A stretch of 64,000 nt of DNA from contig JAZDCZ010000324.1 of the NCBI GenBank assembly GCA_036679605.1, forward strand, positions 64,001-128,000, written 5' to 3'. Source of the DNA: Gemmatimonadota bacterium. GTDB taxonomy: Bacteria > Gemmatimonadota > Gemmatimonadetes > Gemmatimonadales > GWC2-71-9. Position 1 is the stretch's first letter. The number at the start of each line of letters is the position of its first letter. Of the stretch, positions 18,860 through 28,857 are shown one piece after another. Position numbers and translations under genes: made by a program. Under the pieces are notes generated by a model. The model searched no databases and had not been told where the DNA came from. It saw only the letters and a list, made by a program, of their open reading frames with translations.

Positions 18860-20533
18860 TCAGCTTCGTGCATTGGGAAATTCGACCATGAACCGTGCTC
18901 CGCCCCCGGGAGCGTCTTCGACCCAGGCAGTTCCACCATGAAGTGTGATCAGTTCTCGCACAACTGAAAGGCCGATGCCCGTGCCGGCGATAGCTTCCTT
19001 GCGATGTCTCTGATGGCGCCAGAATTTCTTCCATACTGCGTCCCGATCTTTTTGTGCGACACCAGAGCCTTGATCGTCGACCCCAATGCGTAGCGATCCG
19101 TTCCAGCGTTCGGCGGTCACTAGAATGGTTTGGTTACGTGGTCCGTACTTGAGTGCGTTGTCGAGAAGGTTGAGCAGTACCTGCCTGAAGGCCGCCGGGT
19201 CAAGCTCAGCGGTCACGTCCATGTTGAGTTCTGTTCTAACCTCAGATCCCTCGGCAGCAGCCAGCGGTACAAAGCTTTCCGTGACTTCGTGAACCAGTTG
19301 TGCGGCACGCACCCGCTCCGTATTGACTTGGATCGATCCACGTTCGGCACGAGAGAAATGGAGTACGTTCTCGACCAGGTTGGTCAGCCGTCTCGCCTCT
19401 TGATCGATTATTTCGAGCGACCGCTGCCGCTCCTTGTCTGTTCGAACTCTACCGAGTACGAGTGTTTCAGCGAACATGCGAATCTGCGCGAGTGGGGTTC
19501 GCAGCTCGTGTGACACGTTGGATATGAATTCTGTATGAAGTCGAAGAAGCTCCTGTTCACGCCGTAGTTGATACAGTGCTGCTATCACCAGGCCGATGGT
19601 GACGACCAAGAGGCCCAGCAGGAGAGGCAGGTTGGATCGAGGGAGACCACCGATGATGAGTCGCTCTGCAGCCTCCGGCCGGAGCGACACAAACGCCGCC
19701 AGCCCGCCGAACCGGCCATCGAGTTGTTGCTTCGCGTAGAACCTGGGGCCCTGGCTGGTAGCCGGTGTTCCATCCGTAGTGTTGGCCGACGAATACAGGG
19801 TCCGTCCAGAACCGTCCATCATACGAACTGTCATAACCGAATCGGGATCGAGATCCCTAATAAGCGTCGGGGGCAGCAGCGGATCGTGTTCTGCAGAGGT
19901 CGCCAGAACGCTGCGTACTCCTTCGAGGTTCGCCTGAAAGCCGAGGATCATGTTCGGTGTACCGGCGGTGTCTCGGTATACGCTGTAGATGAAAATTTGT
20001 GCGGCCGTGTCAGTTCTGACCAGAATCGCTGAGCGCCATGTTGACTGAAATGCTGTCTCTGCGTGAACTCTCAGTGTGTCACGGAGCCACGTATCTAGGG
20101 TTGCATCTCCGGATTCGTCGCTGAATTCCAGTTGCCCATCAGGCAGCGACATTCGGAAGAAGCGATCGGTTGACTGTAACGCAGCGCGCTGTAACTCGGA
20201 TGCGGACGAGATCAGTTGGGAAGGCTGCGCAAGCGGGACACTCTCCTGCTGCATTTTGTTGGAGACCAGCACCTGGAAGACAGGGTAAAAGCCGTAATAC
20301 TCCCACTCTCGCTCAACGCGGCCCGCGTACTCATGCACAGCTGCCGCTGCATAATCATGGAGCACATTCTCTGCAGTGGCCCGGTGCGAGCGCGCTGCCT
20401 GCAGCCCTTGGAAGGCCAGGACAACAACGAAGACCATTGTGAGGAGGAGAAGGATTACGACGAATCGCGATCTTGCCTCGCTCTTATTGAACCACGCTAA
20501 TTGGGGCATTTTATTTGTTTGCTTATCCGGCAC
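18860..20533 (-). CDS. Membrane sensor histidine kinase
   Basis: Two TM segments around a periplasmic domain; 'SHELRTPL', 'NLLDNALKY', 'DQGSG', 'GTGIGL'. Confidence 0.93.
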   Translation of the reverse strand: MPDKQTNKMPQLAWFNKSEARSRFVVILLLLTMVFVVVLAFQGLQAARSHRATAENVLHDYAAAAVHEYAGRVEREWEYYGFYPVFQVLVSNKMQQESVPLAQPSQLISSASELQRAALQSTDRFFRMSLPDGQLEFSDESGDATLDTWLRDTLRVHAETAFQSTWRSAILVRTDTAAQIFIYSVYRDTAGTPNMILGFQANLEGVRSVLATSAEHDPLLPPTLIRDLDPDSVMTVRMMDGSGRTLYSSANTTDGTPATSQGPRFYAKQQLDGRFGGLAAFVSLRPEAAERLIIGGLPRSNLPLLLGLLVVTIGLVIAALYQLRREQELLRLHTEFISNVSHELRTPLAQIRMFAETLVLGRVRTDKERQRSLEIIDQEARRLTNLVENVLHFSRAERGSIQVNTERVRAAQLVHEVTESFVPLAAAEGSEVRTELNMDVTAELDPAAFRQVLLNLLDNALKYGPRNQTILVTAERWNGSLRIGVDDQGSGVAQKDRDAVWKKFWRHQRHRKEAIAGTGIGLSVVRELITLHGGTAWVEDAPGGGARFMVEFPNARS

Positions 20534-20652
20534 AAAGGAATCACAATCAAGATAGGTCCCTGTACGTCAAACGCTCAACGGCGAAGGGCTCAATAACCTG
20601 GAATCCTGACCGGATTCTGACATAGTCCGTGCGATTTCAGTATCTACGGACT

Positions 20653-21816
20653 CTAGAGAGGCACTGGATCTCCTGTTGTCGGGCCAACAACACGGTTGCG
20701 TCCCGCTTCTTTTGCTGCGTAGAGTCGTCGGTCGGCACAGTCAATGACGGTTCTCAAGTCCGTGCCGTCGTCAGGGACGCTTGCAACTCCGATAGAAACG
20801 GTGACACTGGATGCCTCGATTGCAACCCTGAGGCTCTCTGACTTGCTCAAAGCGCTTGCAACGGAGGTCTCCGGTAAAAGGATTACGAATTCCTCGCCAC
20901 CGTAACGCGCAACGACGTCACTCTTCCGCATGGACTTCTGCAGCATCCCGGCGATGACTCGGAGTACTTCATCGCCCACGATATGGCCGTAGTCGTCGTT
21001 GAATTTCTTGAACTCATCGATATCGATCATGATCAAGGAAAGTTCACGCTTGTAGCGAAGAGTACGCGTTATTTCTGCCTGAGCCAATTCGTCAAGAAAT
21101 CCCCGATTCATGAGGTCGGTCAAAGGGTCCTTAGCCGAGAGCCAACGGAGTCTGCGTGTACGCAGCACTGCTACGGTGCTCACCATTACAGCGCAGCCCA
21201 TTAGTACTAGGCGGCTGTAGTTGTTGGCGAGATGGAACGTGCCGTATTCGAACGGTGCGAAGCTTGGGTCGTTTAGATCCCAATGAACGTCGGCATACGC
21301 GGCCAGCGCGGCATACTGAGCTATCGCCAGCCCACCGGCCAACACACAGACACGAGGGTCGTTTCGTAGGCTCGTGGCTGCAATGGCGAGAAAATAGATC
21401 GCGAAGAGCCCACCGCTGTTGACCGCAATGTGTGGGCGGTCGGTGAGCATGAACACGAGCAGGACGCCGCTCACCAATGTCACGTCCAAGATGCCGGTCG
21501 CAAAGCCCAGAAATCGGCGAAAATCTCTGCGCTTGGCGATAACGAACACCGGCCAGGTGAGAGTCAGAGCTATTGTGGCAGCCGTCAGGCCCACTCTAGT
21601 CGAAGGTTCCGACGTGCTCCGTAGTACTTGGGTTAATGGGATGATAAGGAGGACACTGATAATTGCGAGGCGAACCTTGGCAACGGCTAGTTCTCCACGA
21701 AATCCTTCGTCCAACAATAGCGGGTCGGGCGAACGCCAGAATTCGCGCCACCCAGTCGCAAGAATACGCCGGACTCTGTGGAAGAGTGTGAGGGGGTTGA
21801 GCGAAGCTCGTATCAT
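20653..21816 (-). CDS. Membrane diguanylate cyclase (GGDEF)
   Basis: Multi-TM N-terminus; 'DIDEFKKFNDDYGH', RxxD I-site RKSD, GGEEF. Confidence 0.92.
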   Translation of the reverse strand: MIRASLNPLTLFHRVRRILATGWREFWRSPDPLLLDEGFRGELAVAKVRLAIISVLLIIPLTQVLRSTSEPSTRVGLTAATIALTLTWPVFVIAKRRDFRRFLGFATGILDVTLVSGVLLVFMLTDRPHIAVNSGGLFAIYFLAIAATSLRNDPRVCVLAGGLAIAQYAALAAYADVHWDLNDPSFAPFEYGTFHLANNYSRLVLMGCAVMVSTVAVLRTRRLRWLSAKDPLTDLMNRGFLDELAQAEITRTLRYKRELSLIMIDIDEFKKFNDDYGHIVGDEVLRVIAGMLQKSMRKSDVVARYGGEEFVILLPETSVASALSKSESLRVAIEASSVTVSIGVASVPDDGTDLRTVIDCADRRLYAAKEAGRNRVVGPTTGDPVPL

Positions 21817-22041
21817 GGTTTATGACACGAACTTAAGGCCGACGGTCTGGGGGGCAAGCTATGACATATTGTTCTGGTCGCTTTCATCACTTGCCGCTAT
21901 TGTCCGTTCTCGGTGGCGCTGGGTCCGTATCGTCAATTTCGAGAACAACTTACCTAGGTACAGGGTTTCGGCCTAGCTCGCATCCCCTCTAGCGGGAGCC
22001 GGTGGCGGACTCCATGTTATGGCCGGCTCAAAACGGAGCGG

Positions 22042-24867
22042 TTGCTAGTGATCGACGCGCTGGAGCGCCTCCAGAATTCGTTGTCCGACCGCTACTCCAT
22101 CGAGCGGGAAATCGGTCATGGCGGCATGTCTGTCGTGTTGCTTGCGCGAGACCTCCGGCACGACCGGTATGTAGCCATCAAGGTACTTCGGCCCGATCTT
22201 GCTGCCACGCTTGCGGCCGAGCGCTTTCTCCGCGAGATCCGGATAGCTGCGTCTCTCCAACATCCCAACATTGTCCCGCTCTATGACTCTGGAAACACCG
22301 AAGGCCTGCTGTTCTTTGTCATGCCCTACGTGGAAGGTGAGAGTCTAAGGAATCGTCTGAACCGAGAGAAGCAGCTTCCGATTGAGGATGTCATTCAATT
22401 GACGAGCGAAGTGGCGGACGCACTGAGCTTTGCTCACAGCCACGGAATTGTTCACCGCGACATAAAGCCCGAGAACATCTTGATCTCGGAAGGCCATGCA
22501 CTAGTGGCGGATTTCGGGGTCGCCCGCGCGGTGAGACAGGCGAGTGAAGAGGGCTTGACCGAGACGGGGCTTGCCGTCGGTACACCGGCGTATATGAGCC
22601 CGGAGCAAGCGACGGGCTCTGAAGAAATCGATGGGCGGAGTGATATCTATACGCTTGGCTGCGTTGTGTACGAGATGTTGTCTGGCGAGCCCCCATTCAC
22701 CGGTCCAAGCGGACAGGCGATTCTGGCACGACAGGTGAATGAAAGGCCTCCGTCGCTTCGTGTTCTTAGGCCCACGATCTCAGTCGAGTTGGAAAGCACC
22801 GTGGAGAAGGCGCTCGCCAAAATTCCAGCGGATCGATACCGCAGCGCGGTGGAATTCGCGAATGTCATCGCGGGTCGCTCGCCCAGTGGCCATAGGGCTC
22901 CGATCGCGGCATCAGTTCGGCGGGCAAGGACCCGTGCCCTTGGCCTCGGCGCGGTCGCCGTCACCGCTCTGATCGTGTGGCGACTTCTGGCGAGTCCAAA
23001 TGTTCCGCTCAATCCCGACACTATTATGATCTTCCCACTGGATGTAAGTGGCGATGTGAACACTCAGGAAGCCGAACTCGGCGAGGACAACGCGTACCTG
23101 ATCCAGAATGCGCTTGCTGGGAGGGTACCGCTCAAATGGTTGTGCGCGTGCGAGGAGGTGTCTCTCCTGTCCGGTGCAGAGAGGGGGGCGCGAGCGCGTG
23201 AGGCAGGTGCGGGATTCTACCTACACGGCCGACTGATGCTGTTCCAGGATAGTGTCCAGACTGTTATCACGCTGCATGACGTAGCGGGAGACTCGGTGAT
23301 CTATCGCGCCGATTCGACTGGGTCACGGATCGAGGCACGACAAATGGGAACCCGTGCCATGGGCAAGCTTCTGCTATCGCTTTTGCCCGAGCAATCAGTC
23401 GACTTGTCGGCGATCGCGGGTCGGCGGCCAGAGGCAGTTCAAAGTTTTGTCGCAGGCGAACGAAGCTTCCATGCGGGGCACTTCGAGGCCGCATTCGAGT
23501 TCTATCGTGTCGCCGTAGAAGAGGACTCGGCCTTTGCGATTGCGGCGGTGAAGGCCGCTCAGGCTGCCAGCTGGCTTGACCAGCCGGAGAAAGCCAAGAA
23601 CTTGATCGCGGTAGCCCTAGAGCATGCAGATCTACTCACGGAGCGGCGTGCATCGTACGCTCGCGGCCTGGCCGCGTTTCTGAGTGACGACTCCGACGCT
23701 GTGGCGAGATCAGACTCGGCGGTGTACTGGTTTGAGCGCGCCATCGAGATCGATCCCGATTGGTTGGAGGGTTGGGTGGGACTAGGAGAGGTGTATACGC
23801 ATCTATTGCCTCGTGGACCCGGGCAGGACTCGCTGGCCCGAGATGCTTTCGCGAGAGTCTACGGAATGACCAATGGTTTCGCTCCCGTTCTGTTTCACCT
23901 CATAGAGGGCGATCTGCGGAGGGGTGATGTGGACTTCGCGGCGAGCTTGCTGGCCGAGTTCCGGCGAGCGGATCCGGATTCGGCGGCACTCTCTATTCTA
24001 GAGCTGATGTATACCTGCGTAACCAAGTCTCCATCTGCCATCGATTGGCCGGCGGCCGTACTTGAGGATGCGGAGGCTGTTTTTCAGTCAGCGAGGTGGC
24101 TCAGTGTGAAAGTAGCCAACCCGGAGTGCGCGATTTCGGGCTGGAGTGCGGTGTTGGAGAACGACACGACGGAACGGTACAGTTTCAGCTCACTGGTCGG
24201 CGTGCAGAGTCTCTTGGCCGCAACCGGCAGGGACAAAGATCTCAAGGCACTGCTGGACTCAGCCGCGGCTAGCGGTACGCCCATTGGCGGAGCGGTGTCG
24301 ACCTATTACATAGTCGATGCTATTGCTGGAGCCGAGGTGGAATCCAAGGCTCGATCGGTGGCGAAAGATCTGCGGCGCGGCTTTCAAGCCGGCACGCTAA
24401 ACGCGCCACGGCTATGGTTGCTAGGTGTTTGGGATGCCAACCGAGGCCATGTCATAGAGGCGAGCGCGATCAGAGATACGCTCAGGCGTGCGGCTGTTTC
24501 CGGTGACCGCGTGGCTAGTTTGACCGCCACCAGTATGGCGGCGCACGTCGCGCTGGCCGAGGCAGACACCGCAAAGGCGATCGAGCTATTGGAATCGCTT
24601 AGTCCAACGGCGACAAGAGGCAATCTGACTTGGCGTCCTTGGGAATCCCTCGGCCTGGAATGGCTGACCCTGGCCCGAATCTATGCAGCTCGCGAACAAT
24701 TTGATGACGCACTCAGGGTCGCAGGGAACATCGATGCGCCGGGCTCTGTCGCGAATCTCATTTTCTTGCCGGCGAGCCTGGAACTCCGGGCCGCAGCGGC
24801 AGAGAAGCTAGGTAACAAGAAGTTGGCACGGGCGCTTGCGTCGCGAATGGAGAGGCTCACGCGTTGA
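22042..24867 (+). CDS. Hanks-type Ser/Thr kinase with TM segment and C-terminal TPR-like region
   Basis: GHGG, VAIK, HRDIKPEN, DFG, MSPE; hydrophobic 'ALGLGAVAVTALIVWRLLA'; long helical repeat tail. Confidence 0.92.
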   Translation: MLVIDALERLQNSLSDRYSIEREIGHGGMSVVLLARDLRHDRYVAIKVLRPDLAATLAAERFLREIRIAASLQHPNIVPLYDSGNTEGLLFFVMPYVEGESLRNRLNREKQLPIEDVIQLTSEVADALSFAHSHGIVHRDIKPENILISEGHALVADFGVARAVRQASEEGLTETGLAVGTPAYMSPEQATGSEEIDGRSDIYTLGCVVYEMLSGEPPFTGPSGQAILARQVNERPPSLRVLRPTISVELESTVEKALAKIPADRYRSAVEFANVIAGRSPSGHRAPIAASVRRARTRALGLGAVAVTALIVWRLLASPNVPLNPDTIMIFPLDVSGDVNTQEAELGEDNAYLIQNALAGRVPLKWLCACEEVSLLSGAERGARAREAGAGFYLHGRLMLFQDSVQTVITLHDVAGDSVIYRADSTGSRIEARQMGTRAMGKLLLSLLPEQSVDLSAIAGRRPEAVQSFVAGERSFHAGHFEAAFEFYRVAVEEDSAFAIAAVKAAQAASWLDQPEKAKNLIAVALEHADLLTERRASYARGLAAFLSDDSDAVARSDSAVYWFERAIEIDPDWLEGWVGLGEVYTHLLPRGPGQDSLARDAFARVYGMTNGFAPVLFHLIEGDLRRGDVDFAASLLAEFRRADPDSAALSILELMYTCVTKSPSAIDWPAAVLEDAEAVFQSARWLSVKVANPECAISGWSAVLENDTTERYSFSSLVGVQSLLAATGRDKDLKALLDSAAASGTPIGGAVSTYYIVDAIAGAEVESKARSVAKDLRRGFQAGTLNAPRLWLLGVWDANRGHVIEASAIRDTLRRAAVSGDRVASLTATSMAAHVALAEADTAKAIELLESLSPTATRGNLTWRPWESLGLEWLTLARIYAAREQFDDALRVAGNIDAPGSVANLIFLPASLELRAAAAEKLGNKKLARALASRMERLTR

Positions 24868-24905
24868 GACACTAGGATCAATCACCGTCGGAGAAAGGCA
24901 AAGAG

Positions 24906-25148
24906 ATGAGTAAGGGACAGAACAGAACTCGGAAAACCGCATATCGAACCGGGCCTGGCGGTAACGTTGCGCTTCCTGCGACTGCCGAGACGAAGCCCGA
25001 TAGAGATGCTCTATTGGCATTCCTCAGGGCTTGGTTCGAGGACTTTGAGGCCTGGGGCCAGGACATACGAGATGACATTGTTCGTCTCGAAGGCCACGCC
25101 GGATTTCCAACGGGCGACCCGGGTGATCCGCCAGGCGGGCCGTTCTAG
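24906..25148 (+). CDS. 80-aa hypothetical microprotein
   Basis: Purine-rich GGAGAAAGG upstream; fills the gap between two kinases; non-random structure (amphipathic helix plus Pro/Gly tail). Confidence 0.7.
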   Translation: MSKGQNRTRKTAYRTGPGGNVALPATAETKPDRDALLAFLRAWFEDFEAWGQDIRDDIVRLEGHAGFPTGDPGDPPGGPF

Positions 25149-25157
25149 AGGTTAGAA

Positions 25158-26027
25158 CTAAGGAGTAGCCAGCTGCTCGGCGAAGCGACCGGCCGTTTGA
25201 GGCCTCCTCTCAGGTCGCTTTTCGAGCGCGGCCAGCACGGCGCGCTCTACGTGCTCAGGCACGTCGGGCCGCACTACTCTAATAGAAGGTGGTGATTCAC
25301 TCGCTTGGCGTGCCATGATCGCCTGCGCCGAGTGACCGGTGAACGGAGGTTCTCCGACCAGCATGTCGTAGAGCACGCACGCGAGCGAATAGATGTCACT
25401 GCGTCCGTCCACTTGCCCTCTTCCGGTGGCCTGTTCGGGACTCATGTAGGACGGTGTGCCCACAATGACGCCGGTGGACGAGATGTTCTCGCCGGACGCC
25501 TCTACAATGGCACGTGCGACACCAAAGTCGCACAGTACTGCGCGACCTTGGTCAAACAAGATGTTGCCGGGCTTGATGTCGCGGTGCATCACGTTTTCTG
25601 CGTGGGCGTAATCCAGCGCCGATCCGATCTGCCGGGCAATATCGAGCGCCTCTTCGATCTCGAGTCTGTGATGCCCCTCCAAACGCGTGCCCAGTGAGTC
25701 GCCGTCGGCGCATGGCATCACATAGAACAACTCGCCGCCCAACTCTTCCGAATCGAGTAGCGGCAGGATGTGTGGATGCCGGAGACGTTTCAGGAGCGAG
25801 ATCTCTCGGTGGAACCGGCCGGCTCCGATGGATACGGCAAATTCAGGACGCAGGACCTTGATCGCTACGGTCTGGGAGTCTGATAGCCGAACCGCAAGGT
25901 AGACGCTTGCCATACTCCCGCGGCCAAGCAGCCGTGCGACATCATACGACCCGCGCAACGCGGATCTTACCGAGTCCAGCCGATCTTTCACCTGTCGAGT
26001 TTCGTTTCGTTTGGCCGCATCACACAC
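25158..26027 (-). CDS. Stand-alone soluble Ser/Thr protein kinase
   Basis: GRGS, VAIK, HRDIKPGN, DFG, MSPE; ends just after the kinase domain. Confidence 0.92.
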   Translation of the reverse strand: MCDAAKRNETRQVKDRLDSVRSALRGSYDVARLLGRGSMASVYLAVRLSDSQTVAIKVLRPEFAVSIGAGRFHREISLLKRLRHPHILPLLDSEELGGELFYVMPCADGDSLGTRLEGHHRLEIEEALDIARQIGSALDYAHAENVMHRDIKPGNILFDQGRAVLCDFGVARAIVEASGENISSTGVIVGTPSYMSPEQATGRGQVDGRSDIYSLACVLYDMLVGEPPFTGHSAQAIMARQASESPPSIRVVRPDVPEHVERAVLAALEKRPERRPQTAGRFAEQLATP

Positions 26028-26051
26028 ATCCGGGACCTTATTCTTGACCGG

Positions 26052-27278
26052 CTACGTTGCCGGAATCGCCGCGGTGTCCTCGAGTTCTCGTTGACTTGTT
26101 TCGGGGAGTTGCCACAACAGCAGGCCGAGGGCCACCAGCACGAAGCCCACTGTTAATGAAACGGAATTTCCCCATCCAATTCGCTCTGCAGCCTCGCCCA
26201 CGATCCATGGTGCGATCACGTAGCCGATCCGGCCCAGCAGGTTGTTGCACCAGGCGAAGGCGTCTCCCCGAAGTTCGGTCGGAAAGAGTTCGGTAGTAAG
26301 AGCGTTGAGCAGCGAAAGCAGCGCCACCGCCGCAAAAATAGCACCCATTAGAGATACGGTTAGCAGCCAGAATCCGTTCATTTGGTAGGCGGCAACCACA
26401 GAGATTGCGCAGGCCATGTAGATCATCAGTGCGCTCCGCCGTCGGCCCCAGATATCCAAGAGTCTTCCGGCGACCAGCACCAGTGGCATGCTACCCAGCG
26501 ACGCTAGCGCGATGGCAAGCCCGACCTGGCCATCTGTGAAACCTCGTTCGCCAACCGCGAACTCTTTCCAGAACACGACGGCTGGCTGAGTACACATGTA
26601 GGTAAGCCCCCAGATGACTGCTAGCTGAATCACGCGCTTGCGATAGGGAGACCTTAGGATCGCGAAGAAGCTTCTCTTCGTTGCTCTGGTCTCTCCTGCA
26701 TAGGCCGCGTAGCGCCGAGTTTCCTTCAGCGAGCGCCGACCGTATGCGACCAAGAGGACCGGGCCTACCCCGACGAAGTACACGGCACGCCAACCGAACG
26801 GAGTGAGAAGCAGAAGGGGCGTGACAGCCGCACATGTTATCGATCCCATTGCAGTGGCAGCTTGAATCACGCCTATTACGAACCCTCGCCGCTCTGCTGG
26901 AAACTCTTCTGCCGCGAATATCATACTCAGTGCCCACTCGGCGATGAGGAAAGTTCGGGCGGCTATCTGGTAGAACGCAAAATCGTATGGTGTGCGCGAG
27001 ATGCCTGTCAGGAAGGTAAAGCTTGCGTACCCCAGGATCGTGATGGTGAGAACACGTAGTCTACCCCACCGGTCGGCCAGACGAACCAGGAGGTACGCCA
27101 GCATAGTGCCCAGGCCAATGACCGAGACGAGCATTCCTCCGGCGCTCTGAGAGAGCCCCATCTCGACGCGCAGGTTCGGCAGAATTTGGCCCAGCGCAGT
27201 GAAGTCGTACCCCTCGAAAAAAGTCGCAACGCTGAGAAAGATGAAGAGGCGCTTTTGGTATCGTGATAGGCGGGGCAC
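26052..27278 (-). CDS. MFS transporter
   Basis: 'FFEGYD', 'LADRWGR', 'EEFPAERRG', 'ELFPTELRG'; about 12 TM segments. Confidence 0.9.
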   Translation of the reverse strand: MPRLSRYQKRLFIFLSVATFFEGYDFTALGQILPNLRVEMGLSQSAGGMLVSVIGLGTMLAYLLVRLADRWGRLRVLTITILGYASFTFLTGISRTPYDFAFYQIAARTFLIAEWALSMIFAAEEFPAERRGFVIGVIQAATAMGSITCAAVTPLLLLTPFGWRAVYFVGVGPVLLVAYGRRSLKETRRYAAYAGETRATKRSFFAILRSPYRKRVIQLAVIWGLTYMCTQPAVVFWKEFAVGERGFTDGQVGLAIALASLGSMPLVLVAGRLLDIWGRRRSALMIYMACAISVVAAYQMNGFWLLTVSLMGAIFAAVALLSLLNALTTELFPTELRGDAFAWCNNLLGRIGYVIAPWIVGEAAERIGWGNSVSLTVGFVLVALGLLLWQLPETSQRELEDTAAIPAT

Positions 27279-28715
27279 CTATCTCCCGGAAGACGGAAAT
27301 ACGACCACGCTCTCGTTCCCATCATTGCCCACGGCCGCCACACCAAAGAAGTAGTTGTCGATGATGAGTCCGTCGAAGGTGTAGTCTGTCACGTCACCGA
27401 CCAGTTTCGACGAATCCCAGGTCGGAGAATCGGTTAGGCGCCAGTACACCCGGAAGCCGGTGACATTGGCGGAATCCGACGGTGGCTGCCAGCGCATTCT
27501 TGCGGACGGCCGCACAGCACCAGTGATTCGCACGCTTGTGGGAGGGCCGGGTGCCCTCGCGAGCGCCGCCATCGTGGCGGCGTTGAGTGCGGTGAGCTTG
27601 GCGGCATAATCGAAATTCACGCCTTCTAGCACGTCGCCGTAGTGGATGCCGTTCTCCACCCTGATATCCTGGTGCTGCCGCGTGTAGTTCTCGTTGGTCT
27701 CCATGATCCGGACGGCCGGATACCCGAGATTGGCGAATGGCGTGTGGTGGCCGCCGCGGCCGAACCTATCTAATCGATAGATCATCACCACGTCCAGGTT
27801 CGGGAGATACATGTCTGCGACGCGATCGACGTAGCGGGCCAACTGTCTCGATATTCCATCGACGTCACCGCCGGTTCGGCGCCGGGTCTGAAGTTGTCGC
27901 AAGATCCGGTTGAACTCAAGCGCCGGCAACTCGACCGTGCCGGAGTCGCGAGCAGCACGGAACAATCCCTCTCCAGCGAATTCTGCTAGGGCCATATCGA
28001 TGGGCACTGTGCCATCGGAGAAGACACGCGCGTGTGTGTTGTCGATCACACCGCTCAGGCCCTCGATATTCCCGATCATGTCGTTGTTTAGGACACCTTG
28101 AATGTTCCACCCGTGCTCCTGCGCATATCGCGCCACGGTGCCACCGCCATAAAGCCCTTGCTCCTCACCGGACAACCCCATGTATGCGATAGATCCGTTG
28201 AAGCGATGCTTACTAAGAACCCGTGCGGCTTCGATTGCTCCCGCCATTCCGCTGGCGTTGTCGTTTGCGCCCGGGGCTGAGTCGATTGCGTTGCTGTTGC
28301 GGCTGATCCGGCTATCTATGTCACCGCTCATGATGATCATGCGGTTGGGGTCGATCGTTCCGCGCTGAATGGCTACGACATTGACGATGTTGGTAGCGTC
28401 GGGCAGTCTCCTTCCCGCCGGAAACACCTCGGAGATATAAGAAACTTCGAGACAGCCACCGCACTGTTCTGAAATACGCTCGAATTCGGCTTTGATCCAT
28501 CGTCGCGCCGCCCCTATCCCACGTGTTCGCGACAGTGTGTCGGAAAGCGTACTGCGCGTGCCGAAGCTGACAAGCTTGGTGATGTCGGCCTCCAGCCTGC
28601 TGGCCGAGACCGAAGCAACCACTTCATGAATACGGGGGTCATCGGTGCTTTGTGCAGGTTGGGACCAAAGTGGGGTAACCATGGAGAGACCTACAAAGAT
28701 CGCCGGGAATTTCAT
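27279..28715 (-). CDS. Exported M28 family metallopeptidase with C-terminal Fn3-like domain
   Basis: 'GANDNASG', 'GEEQGL', 'NNDMIG'; signal peptide after ATG 28715. Confidence 0.85.
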   Translation of the reverse strand: MKFPAIFVGLSMVTPLWSQPAQSTDDPRIHEVVASVSASRLEADITKLVSFGTRSTLSDTLSRTRGIGAARRWIKAEFERISEQCGGCLEVSYISEVFPAGRRLPDATNIVNVVAIQRGTIDPNRMIIMSGDIDSRISRNSNAIDSAPGANDNASGMAGAIEAARVLSKHRFNGSIAYMGLSGEEQGLYGGGTVARYAQEHGWNIQGVLNNDMIGNIEGLSGVIDNTHARVFSDGTVPIDMALAEFAGEGLFRAARDSGTVELPALEFNRILRQLQTRRRTGGDVDGISRQLARYVDRVADMYLPNLDVVMIYRLDRFGRGGHHTPFANLGYPAVRIMETNENYTRQHQDIRVENGIHYGDVLEGVNFDYAAKLTALNAATMAALARAPGPPTSVRITGAVRPSARMRWQPPSDSANVTGFRVYWRLTDSPTWDSSKLVGDVTDYTFDGLIIDNYFFGVAAVGNDGNESVVVFPSSGR

Positions 28716-28857
28716 CACGTCTCCTGGTGGCTGGGTGGCGCGGCGGAAAATCATAGTGACAGCGGTTACGCTATCCGGACTTACTCATTGACGCAAGTTG
28801 TCGTGTTGGTACCTTATACTCGGAATTCAAGCCATCCAGAAAAAGAGGGCGACTGCA

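Noticed and set aside
24906..25148. Microprotein as a classical RiPP precursor
   Set aside because: No lanthipeptide cyclase, radical SAM, YcaO, RRE or peptidase-transporter nearby; the kinases lack lyase and cyclase domains.
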